Assembly (NCBI GenBank): GCA_050692055.1
Contig: JBOGTC010000072.1
Span: 12,978-76,977, forward strand
Length of the DNA stretch: 64,000 nucleotides
Direction of reading: 5' to 3'
Source: Candidatus Limnocylindria bacterium
GTDB lineage: Bacteria; Chloroflexota; Limnocylindria; QHBO01
Positions 53,373 to 62,287 of this stretch are shown here, piece after piece. Under the pieces are notes generated by a model that made no database searches, was not told the origin of the DNA, and worked only from the letters and a program-made list of their open reading frames with translations. Positions within the stretch are counted from its first letter, which is position 1, and each line of letters begins with the position of its first letter. The translations under genes and the position numbers were made by a program.

Positions 53373-53420
53373 GCGTAGGACCATCCGGCCATTTGCATCG
53401 GTCAGGGCGCGTCCTACGCT
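53373..53420 (+). promoter_or_regulatory. putative flp promoter (-35 TTGCAT 53393-53398, -10 TACGCT 53415-53420) bracketed by a 9-bp inverted repeat
   Basis: GCGTAGGAC (53373-53381) and GTCCTACGC (53411-53419) are perfect complements. The spacer between the hexamers is 16 nt. The -10 fits the TANNNT pattern used in high-GC Gram-positives. Confidence 0.35.
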
Positions 53421-53459
53421 GCCGGCGCAAGTCCTCAAGAAAGGAGGTCCCACGTCCAC

Positions 53460-53645
53460 ATGCTTCAGTTCATCAGCACTCTTCTGGCTCGTTTCCGGCG
53501 CGAGGATGAGGAAGGGCAGACGCTCGTCGAGTACGGTCTGCTGCTCGCCCTCATCGCGATCATCGTGATCGTGGCTCTGCTCTTCCTGGGCCCGATCGTC
53601 AGCGAGCTCTTCCAGAACGTCGGCACGACTCTCGAAGACGTGTAG
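53460..53645 (+). CDS. flp: Flp-family type IVb pilin
   Basis: AAGGAGG RBS. The 61-aa product carries the 'EEGQTLVEYGLLLALIAIIVIVAL' Flp motif (G/xTxVEY plus a hydrophobic helix). Confidence 0.9.
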   Translation: MLQFISTLLARFRREDEEGQTLVEYGLLLALIAIIVIVALLFLGPIVSELFQNVGTTLEDV

Positions 53646-53666
53646 GCGATTCGGATCTAGAGCCAA

Positions 53667-53703
53667 CCCCCGTGGCCAGCCGGCCACGGGGGTTTCTTTT
53701 GTT
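53667..53703 (+). terminator. strong intrinsic terminator immediately after flp
   Basis: 11-bp stem CCCCCGTGGCC / AGCC / GGCCACGGGGG followed by TTTCTTTTGTT. Confidence 0.85.
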
Positions 53704-53887
53704 CATGGAGCTGGCTATTGCGGAGCACGGATCCAATCGCCCCGCCGCTGGCAGTACCACCCCAGGGATAGCCCACAAGTCCAGTCGTGAGGCGCGGCGA
53801 GGCTGCGTAGGATGTTGCCCGCAGTCACAACGCTGCGCTCATTCGACCTCATTGGTTCCATTGATCCGAGCTCAAAGGGGAACGTCC

Positions 53888-54814
53888 GTGAAGCGCTCCA
53901 ATCGCCTGGTGATTCTGGTTGGCGTCCTGCTCGCCATCCTCGCCTTTGTGGGGATCATCATCTTCCTCAACCAGCAGGCGCCAGAGCCCGTCGAAGAGGC
54001 CGAGATCACCGAGACGGTGCTCGTCGCCACCGGGGACATCGCCATCGGCGACGAGCTGACGCCGGACCGGGTCGAGGAGCTGGAGGTGCCGCCGGATGCC
54101 GTCATCGGCACGCCGCTGCGGGATCCCTCGCAGGCCGGTGGACGGCCCGCGCTGTTCGCCGTGCCGGCAGGCAGCCAGGTCTCGCTCGAGACGATCGGGC
54201 TCGGCGTCACCGGGCCGGAGAACATCGCCGCGCAGCTGCAGCCAGGGGAGAAGGCGGTCAGCGTCCGCCTCGACCCGCAGACGGGCATGAACTTCCTCGT
54301 CCAGCCGGGCGACAGCGTCGACATCGTGATCTCGAGCGAAGTGGCGGTCCTGCAGCCGACTGAGGACTCGCTGGCCAATCCCGACCAGCCGCCGCGCTTC
54401 GAGCAGATCGAGGGGCTTGCCGGGGCGCGGACCGTGAAGACGGTGCTCCAGGACAAGCGGGTGCTCTACGTGAGCGCCACCAGCGTCACCCAGCCCCCAC
54501 CGGCTGTCGAAGAAGACGAAGAGGATCCGGCCGAGGCGCCGGCAGAGGCGGAGGCCGAGCTGCTGAGCATCATTCTCGTCTTCGCCGGCACCGACCAGGA
54601 TGCCGAGATCGTGAAGTACATCCAGCGCGACAACTTCGAGCTGTCGAGCGAGGCCACGGAGATCCCGGGCTCGATCTCGGTTGTCATTCGAAGCGCGGAC
54701 GACGAGGCCATCGAGGAGACGACCGGCATCACCATCGACCAGCTGGTCGAGCAGTACGGGCTTCGCGTGCCCGGCATCGTGGAGCAGCTGAACGAGGAGG
54801 CGCCCGGCCCCTGA
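53888..54814 (+). CDS. cpaB: Flp pilus assembly protein CpaB/RcpC
   Basis: The GTG at 53888 follows AAAGGGGA. The N-terminal TM is 'RLVILVGVLLAILAFVGIIIF'. A SAF-like 'ATGDIAIGDELT' and an RcpC-like 'GEKAVSVRLD...VQPGDSVDIV' follow. Confidence 0.8.
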   Translation: MKRSNRLVILVGVLLAILAFVGIIIFLNQQAPEPVEEAEITETVLVATGDIAIGDELTPDRVEELEVPPDAVIGTPLRDPSQAGGRPALFAVPAGSQVSLETIGLGVTGPENIAAQLQPGEKAVSVRLDPQTGMNFLVQPGDSVDIVISSEVAVLQPTEDSLANPDQPPRFEQIEGLAGARTVKTVLQDKRVLYVSATSVTQPPPAVEEDEEDPAEAPAEAEAELLSIILVFAGTDQDAEIVKYIQRDNFELSSEATEIPGSISVVIRSADDEAIEETTGITIDQLVEQYGLRVPGIVEQLNEEAPGP

Positions 54815-54861
54815 GGGGTCGGCCAGGAGCAGCGTAGTCAGGCGTAGAGGGTGACGCAGCA

Positions 54862-56088
54862 GTGATCAAGGTTCTCATCGTCGACGACATCCCGGAGACG
54901 CGCGACCACCTGTCGCGCCTCCTCGGGATGGAGCGCGAGATCGACGTGGCGGGCACGGCCAGCTCCGGCGAGGAGGCCATCCAGCTCTCCATGGATCTGC
55001 GTCCCGACGTCATCGTCATGGACATCAACATGCCCGGCCTCGACGGCATCGCCGCCAGCGAGATCATTGCGCAGCGCCTGCCGACGAGCCCGATCATCAT
55101 GATGAGCGTCCACGGCGAAGCGGAGCACATGAAGCGCGCGATGCTGGCCGGTGCCCGGGAGTTCCTCGTCAAACCGTTCAGCGCGGACGAGTTCAGCACG
55201 TCGATCAAGCGGGTCTATGAGCGCGAGCTCGTCCGGCGCGAGCAGCTGCGGGCCGTCGTCGCCCCACCGAGTGTCGAGCAGGCGCCGGTGGGCGATGCCG
55301 GTGACCACCAGGTGGTCGCCGTGTTCTCGCCCAAGGGCGGCTCGGGCTGCACGACCATCGCCACCAACCTGGCGCTGGCGCTGGCGCGCGAGACAGGGCA
55401 GCGCGTCTCCCTGGTCGACGCCAACCTCCAGTTCGGCGATGTGGGCGTCCTGCTCAACCTGAATCCGAAAAACCGCTCGGTCATCGACGCTGTCGAGGGC
55501 GGCGAGCCGGATGCGGACATCATCGAGTCGGTCGTGATCGATCACTCGACCGGCATCCGCGTCATGCTCGCCCCACCGAGCCCGGAGTCGGCTGACCTCG
55601 TCACGCCGGCCTACCTGCGCAAGATCGTCGACCAGCTCAGGACGACCCATGACTGGGTCGTGGTCGACGTTCCGTCCGGCCTCAACGATCACTCCCTGGG
55701 CGTACTCGACACAGCCGATCAGATCCTGATCGTCGCCGCGCTCGAGATAACGACTATCAAGAACGTCCGCCTCTTCCTGGAGGTCGCAGATCAGCTCGAG
55801 TACGAGCGGTCCAAGCTGCGGCTGGTCATCAACCGGTCGGATGCCTCCCAGGGCATCCGCATCGGCGACGTCGAGGCGTCGATTCGACGGCCGATCGACG
55901 GCACGATCGTTTCCGATGGGCGATTGGCCGTGCTCGCAGTCAATCGCGGCGTCCCGTTCGTCGTATCACATCCGGACTCACCGCTGTCGCGCGATCTCGT
56001 CGCGCTCGCCCGAACCCTGGCCGGCTCGCCGGCCAGCACCACCACCACCGAGAAGCCCGCCAAGCGCGGACTCTTCGCACGCCGCTGA
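54862..56088 (+). CDS. tadZ: TadZ/CpaE-type ParA/MinD-like ATPase with N-terminal receiver domain
   Basis: REC ('KVLIVDDIPETR', 'VIVMDINMPGLDG', 'FLVKPF') plus a deviant Walker A region 'VFSPKGGSGCTTIATNLA'. Confidence 0.85.
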   Translation: MIKVLIVDDIPETRDHLSRLLGMEREIDVAGTASSGEEAIQLSMDLRPDVIVMDINMPGLDGIAASEIIAQRLPTSPIIMMSVHGEAEHMKRAMLAGAREFLVKPFSADEFSTSIKRVYERELVRREQLRAVVAPPSVEQAPVGDAGDHQVVAVFSPKGGSGCTTIATNLALALARETGQRVSLVDANLQFGDVGVLLNLNPKNRSVIDAVEGGEPDADIIESVVIDHSTGIRVMLAPPSPESADLVTPAYLRKIVDQLRTTHDWVVVDVPSGLNDHSLGVLDTADQILIVAALEITTIKNVRLFLEVADQLEYERSKLRLVINRSDASQGIRIGDVEASIRRPIDGTIVSDGRLAVLAVNRGVPFVVSHPDSPLSRDLVALARTLAGSPASTTTTEKPAKRGLFARR

Positions 56089-56103
56089 TGGAGACCTGAG
56101 CTG

Positions 56104-57552
56104 ATGTCATTGCTGAAGCGCATCGAGCGGGCTCGGCCCGCCGCCGAGGGCGAGGGGCCGGCCGTGCCCGCGACCATCGAGAGCACCCCGCCGGCCACTC
56201 CGCAGACGCCGGTGCCTGCGGGAGGTACGCCGAAGCCCCCTGCTGCGGCCCCGTCCGGGCCGAGCCGTCCCTTCCTGGGCGCGCTTCCCGCGCGCGAATC
56301 GTTCCGGGAGGCGAAGTTCCGCGTCCAGAACCGGCTGATCAACGACCTGGATCCGAAGCTCGACCTAACGAACCAGGTCGAGGTGCGGCGCCAGATCGAG
56401 GAGCTCTTCGGCAGGATCGCCGACGAGGAGGGCCTGGCCCTGACGCGCGCCGAGCGCGTGAGGATGCTCGAGCAGATCACGGACGAGATCCTGGGGCTCG
56501 GCCCGCTGGAGCCGCTGCTGCGCGACGAGACCCTCACCGAGGTGATGGTCAACGGGCCGCAGCAGGTCTACATCGAGCGCGATGGGCGTCTCGAGCTCAC
56601 GAACGTCACGTTCCAGAACGACGAGCACGTCCACAAGATCATCCAGCGCATCATCGCCCCCATCGGCCGCCGGGTGGACGAGTCGAGCCCCATGGTCGAC
56701 GCCCGCCTGGCGGACGGCTCCCGCGTGAACGCCATCATCCCGCCGTTGTCGCTGGTGGGCCCGGTGATCACGATCCGGAAGTTCTCGGCCACGCCGTTCA
56801 CGGTCGACGACCTGATCCGCTTCGGTACCGCCACCCCGGAGATGTTCGAGTTCCTCGAGGCCTGCGTGCAGGCCCGGCTCAACATCTTCGTCTCCGGCGG
56901 CACGGGCTCGGGAAAGACGACGATGCTCAACATCCTGTCCTCGTTCATTCCCGATGACGAGCGGATCGTGACCATCGAGGATGCCGCCGAGCTCCAGCTG
57001 CGCCAGGAGCACGTCGTGACGCTCGAGGCGCGACCCGCGAACATCGAGGGCAAGGGCGCCATCCCCATCCGCGAGCTCGTGCGCAACTCACTGCGCATGC
57101 GCCCCGACCGCATCGTGGTCGGCGAATGCCGCTCGGCGGAGGCGCTCGACATGCTGCAGGCCATGAACACGGGGCACGACGGCAGCATGAGCACCGGCCA
57201 CGCCAACGCGCCGCGCGACATGCTGTCGCGGCTCGAGACGATGGTGCTCATGGCCGGCATGGACCTGCCCCTGCGCGCCATTCGGGAGCAGGTCTCATCG
57301 GCCGTCGATCTCATCGTTCACCAGAATCGCCTCAAGGATGGCACGCGCCGTATCACGAACATCACCGAGGTGCAGGGGATGGAGGGCGACGTGATCGTCA
57401 TGCAGGACATCTTCGTCTTCGAGCAGACGGGCGTGGAGGAGGGCAAGATCCTGGGGCGTCTGAAGCCCACCGGCATCCGACCGCACTTCGTCGAGAAGTT
57501 CGAGGCCGCCGGCATCCACCTGCCGCCGAACATCTTCGGCTCGCCGTTCTGA
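56104..57552 (+). CDS. tadA: CpaF/TadA secretion ATPase
   Basis: 'FVSGGTGSGKTT' is the Walker A motif, with 'VTIEDAAEL' and 'GHDGSMSTGHAN' also present. The N-terminus is a Pro/Ala-rich linker. Confidence 0.9.
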   Translation: MSLLKRIERARPAAEGEGPAVPATIESTPPATPQTPVPAGGTPKPPAAAPSGPSRPFLGALPARESFREAKFRVQNRLINDLDPKLDLTNQVEVRRQIEELFGRIADEEGLALTRAERVRMLEQITDEILGLGPLEPLLRDETLTEVMVNGPQQVYIERDGRLELTNVTFQNDEHVHKIIQRIIAPIGRRVDESSPMVDARLADGSRVNAIIPPLSLVGPVITIRKFSATPFTVDDLIRFGTATPEMFEFLEACVQARLNIFVSGGTGSGKTTMLNILSSFIPDDERIVTIEDAAELQLRQEHVVTLEARPANIEGKGAIPIRELVRNSLRMRPDRIVVGECRSAEALDMLQAMNTGHDGSMSTGHANAPRDMLSRLETMVLMAGMDLPLRAIREQVSSAVDLIVHQNRLKDGTRRITNITEVQGMEGDVIVMQDIFVFEQTGVEEGKILGRLKPTGIRPHFVEKFEAAGIHLPPNIFGSPF

Positions 57553-57553
57553 G

Positions 57554-58546
57554 ATGACCATGCTGCCGTTCGTCATTGCGGGCATCGCCGCCCTCGCGGT
57601 CCTTCTGATCGCCGTCGGGGTGTCGATGAGCGCCGGCTCCGGCACGGTCGCGTCCCGCCTGGAGCGTTACGCATCCGCGGGCGGGCTGGAGACGACGACC
57701 GATGACGCCGGACGAGAGTCCGTCGTGGTGGCCGGCATCTCCAGGGTCATCGAGCGACAGGACATGGCGACGCGGCTGAGCATCGACCTCGCGCGCGCGG
57801 ACCTCAAGCTCAAGCCGGCGGAGTTCGTCACCGCCTGGATCGCATCGCCCTTCGTCTTCGCCGGTGCCGCGTTCGCGCTGAGCGTGGTGTTCGAAGGCCT
57901 GCGCAACCCGGTCGCCCTCGCGGTCGCCTTCGGCATCGGCGCCTATGCGCCACGCTTCTACCTGAAGTACCGGCAGGGCAAGCGCCTCAAGGCTTTCGGG
58001 GCACAGCTGCCGGACACGATCACCCTGCTGGCGAACTCGCTGCGGGCCGGCTCGTCCTTCCTGCAGGGCATCGAGCTCGTCACGCGGGAGGCGCGTCCGC
58101 CCATCAGCGAGGAGTTCGACCGCGTGGTGCGGGACATGCAGCTGGGACTTGCCCTGCAGCCGGCGCTGAACAACCTGGTCCGGCGGGTCGCATCGGAGGA
58201 CCTGGAGCTGATGGTGACCGCCATCCAGATCCAGAGCCAGGTGGGCGGCAACCTGGCGACCGTGCTGGACTCCATCGCGTTCACGATCCGCGAGCGCATC
58301 CGCATCAAGGGCGAGATCCAGACGCTCACCGCCATGCAGCGCTACAGCGGCTACGTGATCACGCTGCTGCCGGTGGGACTCGGCGGGATCCTGTTCGTGA
58401 TCAGCCCTGCTTATATGACGCCCATGATCCAGCGGCCACCCGAGATGTTCGGGCTGCCGATGGGCATCGTCTTCTTCCTCGTCGGTGGTATCAGCATGGC
58501 CATGGGCTACGTCCTGATCCGCCGCATCGTCGATATCAAGGTCTGA
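57554..58546 (+). CDS. tadB: TadB (type II secretion system F-family) membrane protein
   Basis: T2SSF pattern 'QLPDTITLLANSLRAGSSFLQGIE' with terminal TM helices. Confidence 0.85.
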   Translation: MTMLPFVIAGIAALAVLLIAVGVSMSAGSGTVASRLERYASAGGLETTTDDAGRESVVVAGISRVIERQDMATRLSIDLARADLKLKPAEFVTAWIASPFVFAGAAFALSVVFEGLRNPVALAVAFGIGAYAPRFYLKYRQGKRLKAFGAQLPDTITLLANSLRAGSSFLQGIELVTREARPPISEEFDRVVRDMQLGLALQPALNNLVRRVASEDLELMVTAIQIQSQVGGNLATVLDSIAFTIRERIRIKGEIQTLTAMQRYSGYVITLLPVGLGGILFVISPAYMTPMIQRPPEMFGLPMGIVFFLVGGISMAMGYVLIRRIVDIKV

Positions 58547-58550
58547 ACCG

Positions 58551-59480
58551 ATGACGCCAGAGATTCTCATCGCAGTCCTCGCCGCAATCGCGGTGCTGCT
58601 CATCACGTTCGGAGTGGCCGCGCGACCCGCGCAGGACGCGGTTCAGGCTCGCCTCTCGCAGCTCGTCGTCCAACCGCAATCGCTGGAGGAGATGGAGCTC
58701 AGCCAGCCGTTCTACGAGCGGGTGCTTCGGCCCACCATCCAGCGCCTGTCGCGCTTCGGGCAACGGGGAGGCGGCGACCGCGGCGGCGTGATCGGCCGCA
58801 TCGACGCCAAGCTCGAGAAGGCGGGCTATCCTGGCGGCCTGCGGGGCGCCGACTGGATGGGGGTCAAGCTCCTCGTCCTCATCGTCTGCGCCGTGCTCGG
58901 CTTCGGACTGGGGCTGCTGATTGGCGGCGGCGCGTTTCCCGGGTCGCTGCTCTTCCCCCTGGTCGGCGGCGCCATCGGCTACGTTGCTCCGGAGTTCTGG
59001 CTGGGCAAAAAGATCAGGGCGCGGGCCGAGCAGCTGGTCATCCAGCTTCCGGACGCGCTCGACCTGCTGACGATCTCCGTGGAAGCGGGCCTGGGCTTCG
59101 ACGCCGCGCTCGCCAAGGTGGTCGAGAAGATGGAGGGCCCGCTGGTGGACGAGTTCCGCCAGGCGCTGGCCGAGGTGCGCATGGGCCGGCCGCGGCGGGA
59201 GGCCCTGCGCGACGTCGCGCAGCGCGCGGACGCCCAGCCCATCAGCAACTTCATCGGCGCCATCGTGCAGGCCGAGCAGCTCGGCGTGCCCATCGCCAAG
59301 GTGCTCCAGATCCAGTCCAACCAGCTGCGGATCGAGCGACGTCAGCGAGCCGAGGAGGCAGCGGCCAAGGCGCCGGTGAAGATGCTCTTCCCCATGGTCG
59401 GCTGCATCTTCCCCACGATCTTCATCGTCATCCTGGGCCCGGCCATCGTCACCATCATGGGCGGCGGGGTCGGCATCTAG
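58551..59480 (+). CDS. tadC: TadC (type II secretion system F-family) membrane protein
   Basis: 'QLPDALDLLTISVEAGLGFDAAL' is the T2SSF pattern. It directly follows tadB. Confidence 0.85.
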   Translation: MTPEILIAVLAAIAVLLITFGVAARPAQDAVQARLSQLVVQPQSLEEMELSQPFYERVLRPTIQRLSRFGQRGGGDRGGVIGRIDAKLEKAGYPGGLRGADWMGVKLLVLIVCAVLGFGLGLLIGGGAFPGSLLFPLVGGAIGYVAPEFWLGKKIRARAEQLVIQLPDALDLLTISVEAGLGFDAALAKVVEKMEGPLVDEFRQALAEVRMGRPRREALRDVAQRADAQPISNFIGAIVQAEQLGVPIAKVLQIQSNQLRIERRQRAEEAAAKAPVKMLFPMVGCIFPTIFIVILGPAIVTIMGGGVGI

Positions 59481-59483
59481 CTC

Positions 59484-60206
59484 ATGCTGCCGCAGGTGCG
59501 GCCGTCCATCCTGCTGGTCGACGACGACGCGACGCTGCTGTCCGTCGTCGCTCGCCGCCTAAGCCGGGAGGGCTTCGAGGTCCGTACGGCGCCATCGGGC
59601 GAGAGCGCGCTCTCATCGCTCGAGCGCGGTTGGCCGTCCATGCTGGTGGTCGACCTCATGATGCCGCGCATGGACGGCTTCGAGCTGTGCCGCCGCGTGA
59701 AGCGCATCGCGGACCTGCCGATCATCGTCCTGTCCGCGGTCGGCGAGGCCACATCCAAGGTACGCGCGCTCGAGGAGTACGCGGAGGACTACGTCACCAA
59801 GCCGTTCGAGCCTGACGAGCTGGTGGCTCGCGTCAACCGCGTGCTGCGGCGCGCCGGGTCCGGGCGTTCGTCCCTGTCGCTGGATGACGGCGACCTCGAG
59901 ATCGACCTCGCCACGCGACAGGTCATCACGCGGGCGGGGACCCAGAGCCTGACGCCCATCGAGACGCGCTTCCTGCAGGTGCTCGCAGGGGCTCTGGACC
60001 GCACGGTGCCCACCGAGACGCTCCTGGACCGGGTCTGGTCGGATGCGGATGGCGCCGACCCCTCCTACGTCTGGGTCACCGTCCGCCGCCTGCGACGAAA
60101 GCTCGAGCTCGATCCCGATGAGCCCCGATACCTGCTGACCGATCGCGGCGTCGGCTACCGGTTGGCGTCGATCCGAACGGCCACGGCCGGCGCACAGCCA
60201 GGCTAG
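59484..60206 (+). CDS. OmpR/PhoB-family response regulator
   Basis: REC ('ILLVDDDATLL', 'MLVVDLMMPRMDG', 'YVTKPF') plus a winged helix ('YVWVTVRRLRRKLE', 'LLTDRGVGYRL'). Confidence 0.9.
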   Translation: MLPQVRPSILLVDDDATLLSVVARRLSREGFEVRTAPSGESALSSLERGWPSMLVVDLMMPRMDGFELCRRVKRIADLPIIVLSAVGEATSKVRALEEYAEDYVTKPFEPDELVARVNRVLRRAGSGRSSLSLDDGDLEIDLATRQVITRAGTQSLTPIETRFLQVLAGALDRTVPTETLLDRVWSDADGADPSYVWVTVRRLRRKLELDPDEPRYLLTDRGVGYRLASIRTATAGAQPG

Positions 60207-60210
60207 CCCA

Positions 60211-61767
60211 GTGGACCGGCTCGGCCTGTCGCTTCGCCTGTTCGCCGTTCTGCTGCTGGCGACCTTCCCGCCGTTGCTCGTGCTTGCCGCCGTCGGGACC
60301 CTTGGCGACGGGCAGATCGGGAATCTCGGCAGGGCAACCAGCCTGATGGTGATGTTCCTGTCATCGCTCCTGTGGCTCATGGTGGTGGCAGTGGTCGCGT
60401 CGCGGCTGTTCGGCCGCGACATCCTCGCCCTCGTCCAGCTCGCCGAGCGCGGCCGCACGCCGGCTCAGGATGCCAGCACCACCGAGACGGCGCGATTGGG
60501 TGCGGCTCACCGGCGAGTCGCCGGGCTGCTCGACGAGCGCGACAGGCAGATGCGGGAGCTGGCGTCGCAGACCGCCTCAGCACCGATCACCCAGGATGCG
60601 ATGACCGTGAGCCGCCACGTGATTCAGGCTGCGCGCCACGTCACCGGCGATGCGACGTGGACACTGGCCATCCTGGAGAGCTCCGACGATCGGCTTTCCA
60701 CGGGCGTCCATCCGGGCCCGGACACCGAGACCGCGTCGGGCCTGGAGGATCTCCATCGATGGGCGAGCGTGGCCGGCGACGAGCGCGCGGGGTCCGTGCG
60801 CCATGTCACCGGCCCCTGGGGCGCGTTCGTCGTCGCCCACGTCTCTGCGGTGCAGGGCTTCCATGCCATTCTGCTCGCTCCCTGGGAGGGTCGTGCCGAG
60901 CCGAGCCCAGCCGAGCTGAGCGTGATCAGCCTGCTGGCGCAGCATGGCGCGACCGCCCTCGAGCACGCGCTCCTCTACGCCCGCGTTCGCGACCAGGCGG
61001 ATGAGCTCAACCGTCTCGCCGCGCTGCAGAGCGACTTCCTGCGCGGGGTGACCCACGATCTGCAGTCGCCGTTGACCTCGATCGCCGCCCTCGCCTCCGG
61101 CCTGCGCGCCGATCTGGTCGACATCCCGTCGACGGCGGCAGCTGATCTGGACGTCATTGGATTTCAGGCGGAGCGCCTGCGCAGGATGGTAACGCAGCTG
61201 CTGACGATGTCCGGCCTGGAGGCACGCGCGATTCAGCCGAGAAGCGACGTCTTCCGCGCTGAGCCGCTCGTCAGACGGGTGTGGACGTCGATGAGGGCCG
61301 AGGATCGCGAGCTCGAGCTGTCGGTCACCGGCCCGGACCGGCTCGTGGTGGGCGATTCGGATCGCCTTGAGCAGGCGCTGTGGGCATTGCTCGATAACGC
61401 CGTGAAGTACAGCCCGGATGGCGACCCGGTCAGCGTGCTGCTCACCTGTCGCGCTGGCGGAGGCGAGGATCGTCGAAGCCCCGGTGGGCAGGTCGAAGCC
61501 ATCGCGATCACCGATCACGGCATCGGCATGGATGCCGAGACGCAGGCCCTGGCATTCGAGCAGTTCTACAGATCCGAAGACGCGAGGCGCCTCGTGCCCG
61601 ACGGCAGCGGCATCGGCCTCTATACCGCCGCGGGCCTGATCCGGCTCATGGGCGGCCAGCTCGCCGTGACATCGGCACCCGGGCGCGGCACGACCGTGAC
61701 GATCACGCTGCCGGCCGAGCTCGTCAACGAGCAGGCGACGCCGAGCTCAGCTGCGGTCACGGCCTGA
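60211..61767 (+). CDS. membrane sensor histidine kinase (HisKA/HATPase_c)
   Basis: Two N-terminal TM helices and a GAF-like middle region. H-box 'GVTHDLQSPLTSI', plus 'DHGIGM' and 'GSGIGLY'. Confidence 0.9.
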   Translation: MDRLGLSLRLFAVLLLATFPPLLVLAAVGTLGDGQIGNLGRATSLMVMFLSSLLWLMVVAVVASRLFGRDILALVQLAERGRTPAQDASTTETARLGAAHRRVAGLLDERDRQMRELASQTASAPITQDAMTVSRHVIQAARHVTGDATWTLAILESSDDRLSTGVHPGPDTETASGLEDLHRWASVAGDERAGSVRHVTGPWGAFVVAHVSAVQGFHAILLAPWEGRAEPSPAELSVISLLAQHGATALEHALLYARVRDQADELNRLAALQSDFLRGVTHDLQSPLTSIAALASGLRADLVDIPSTAAADLDVIGFQAERLRRMVTQLLTMSGLEARAIQPRSDVFRAEPLVRRVWTSMRAEDRELELSVTGPDRLVVGDSDRLEQALWALLDNAVKYSPDGDPVSVLLTCRAGGGEDRRSPGGQVEAIAITDHGIGMDAETQALAFEQFYRSEDARRLVPDGSGIGLYTAAGLIRLMGGQLAVTSAPGRGTTVTITLPAELVNEQATPSSAAVTA

Positions 61768-61791
61768 CCAAAGTACCGCTGCGGTCCCAGG

Positions 61792-61827
61792 CAATCGACC
61801 CTAGCGTGCAAGGTCGATTGCAAGGTC
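61792..61827 (+). promoter_or_regulatory. 9-bp inverted repeat plus direct repeat TGCAAGGTC x2 upstream of tadE
   Basis: CAATCGACC (61792-61800) pairs with GGTCGATTG (61812-61820). TGCAAGGTC occurs at 61807-61815 and again at 61819-61827, a 12-bp register. Confidence 0.35.
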
Positions 61828-61849
61828 CCTTCAATAGGATGGCTTCGCT

Positions 61850-62287
61850 ATGAACCGAGTTATCTCTCCCAACGCCATGGAGCAGCGCCGCAGCCGCCGC
61901 CGTCGCGGCCAGGCCCTGGTGGAGCTCGCGATCCTGCTCCCCGTGCTGCTGTTGCTGCTGGTCCTCGCCATCGACTTCGGTCGCGTCTTCTTCACCTACA
62001 TCGGCGTTGGCAACGCGGCTCGCGAGGGCGCCGCCTACGCCGCCATGAACCCGGGTGATGATGTCGGAACGCGGACGCAGGCCGAGGCCGAGATCGGCGA
62101 TCCGGTCATTACCGTCGAGCCGACCTGTGACCCGAGCTGCACGAGCAGCACGGGAATGGACGCGAGCGGTCACCACACCGTCACCGTCACCGTCACCACG
62201 ACGTTCGACTTCCTGACACCGCTCATGAACGGCTTGTCGGGCGGTGGCCTCCAGATCAGCCAGTCGGCAACGGCGGTGATCCCATGA
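61850..62287 (+). CDS. tadE: TadE-like pseudopilin
   Basis: 'RRGQALVELAILLPVLLLLLVLAIDFGRVFF' is the TadE N-terminal motif. Confidence 0.85.
   Translation: MNRVISPNAMEQRRSRRRRGQALVELAILLPVLLLLLVLAIDFGRVFFTYIGVGNAAREGAAYAAMNPGDDVGTRTQAEAEIGDPVITVEPTCDPSCTSSTGMDASGHHTVTVTVTTTFDFLTPLMNGLSGGGLQISQSATAVIP

Noticed and set aside
53102-53509. 135-aa ORF upstream of and overlapping flp
   Set aside because: It has an Arg/Ser/Gly-rich composition and no RBS. It overlaps the flp promoter, RBS and start, and contains the 12-bp hairpin.
62160-62195. GTCACC repeat (TVTVTVTT) inside tadE
   Set aside because: This is short in-frame low-complexity coding sequence, not an independent repeat element.
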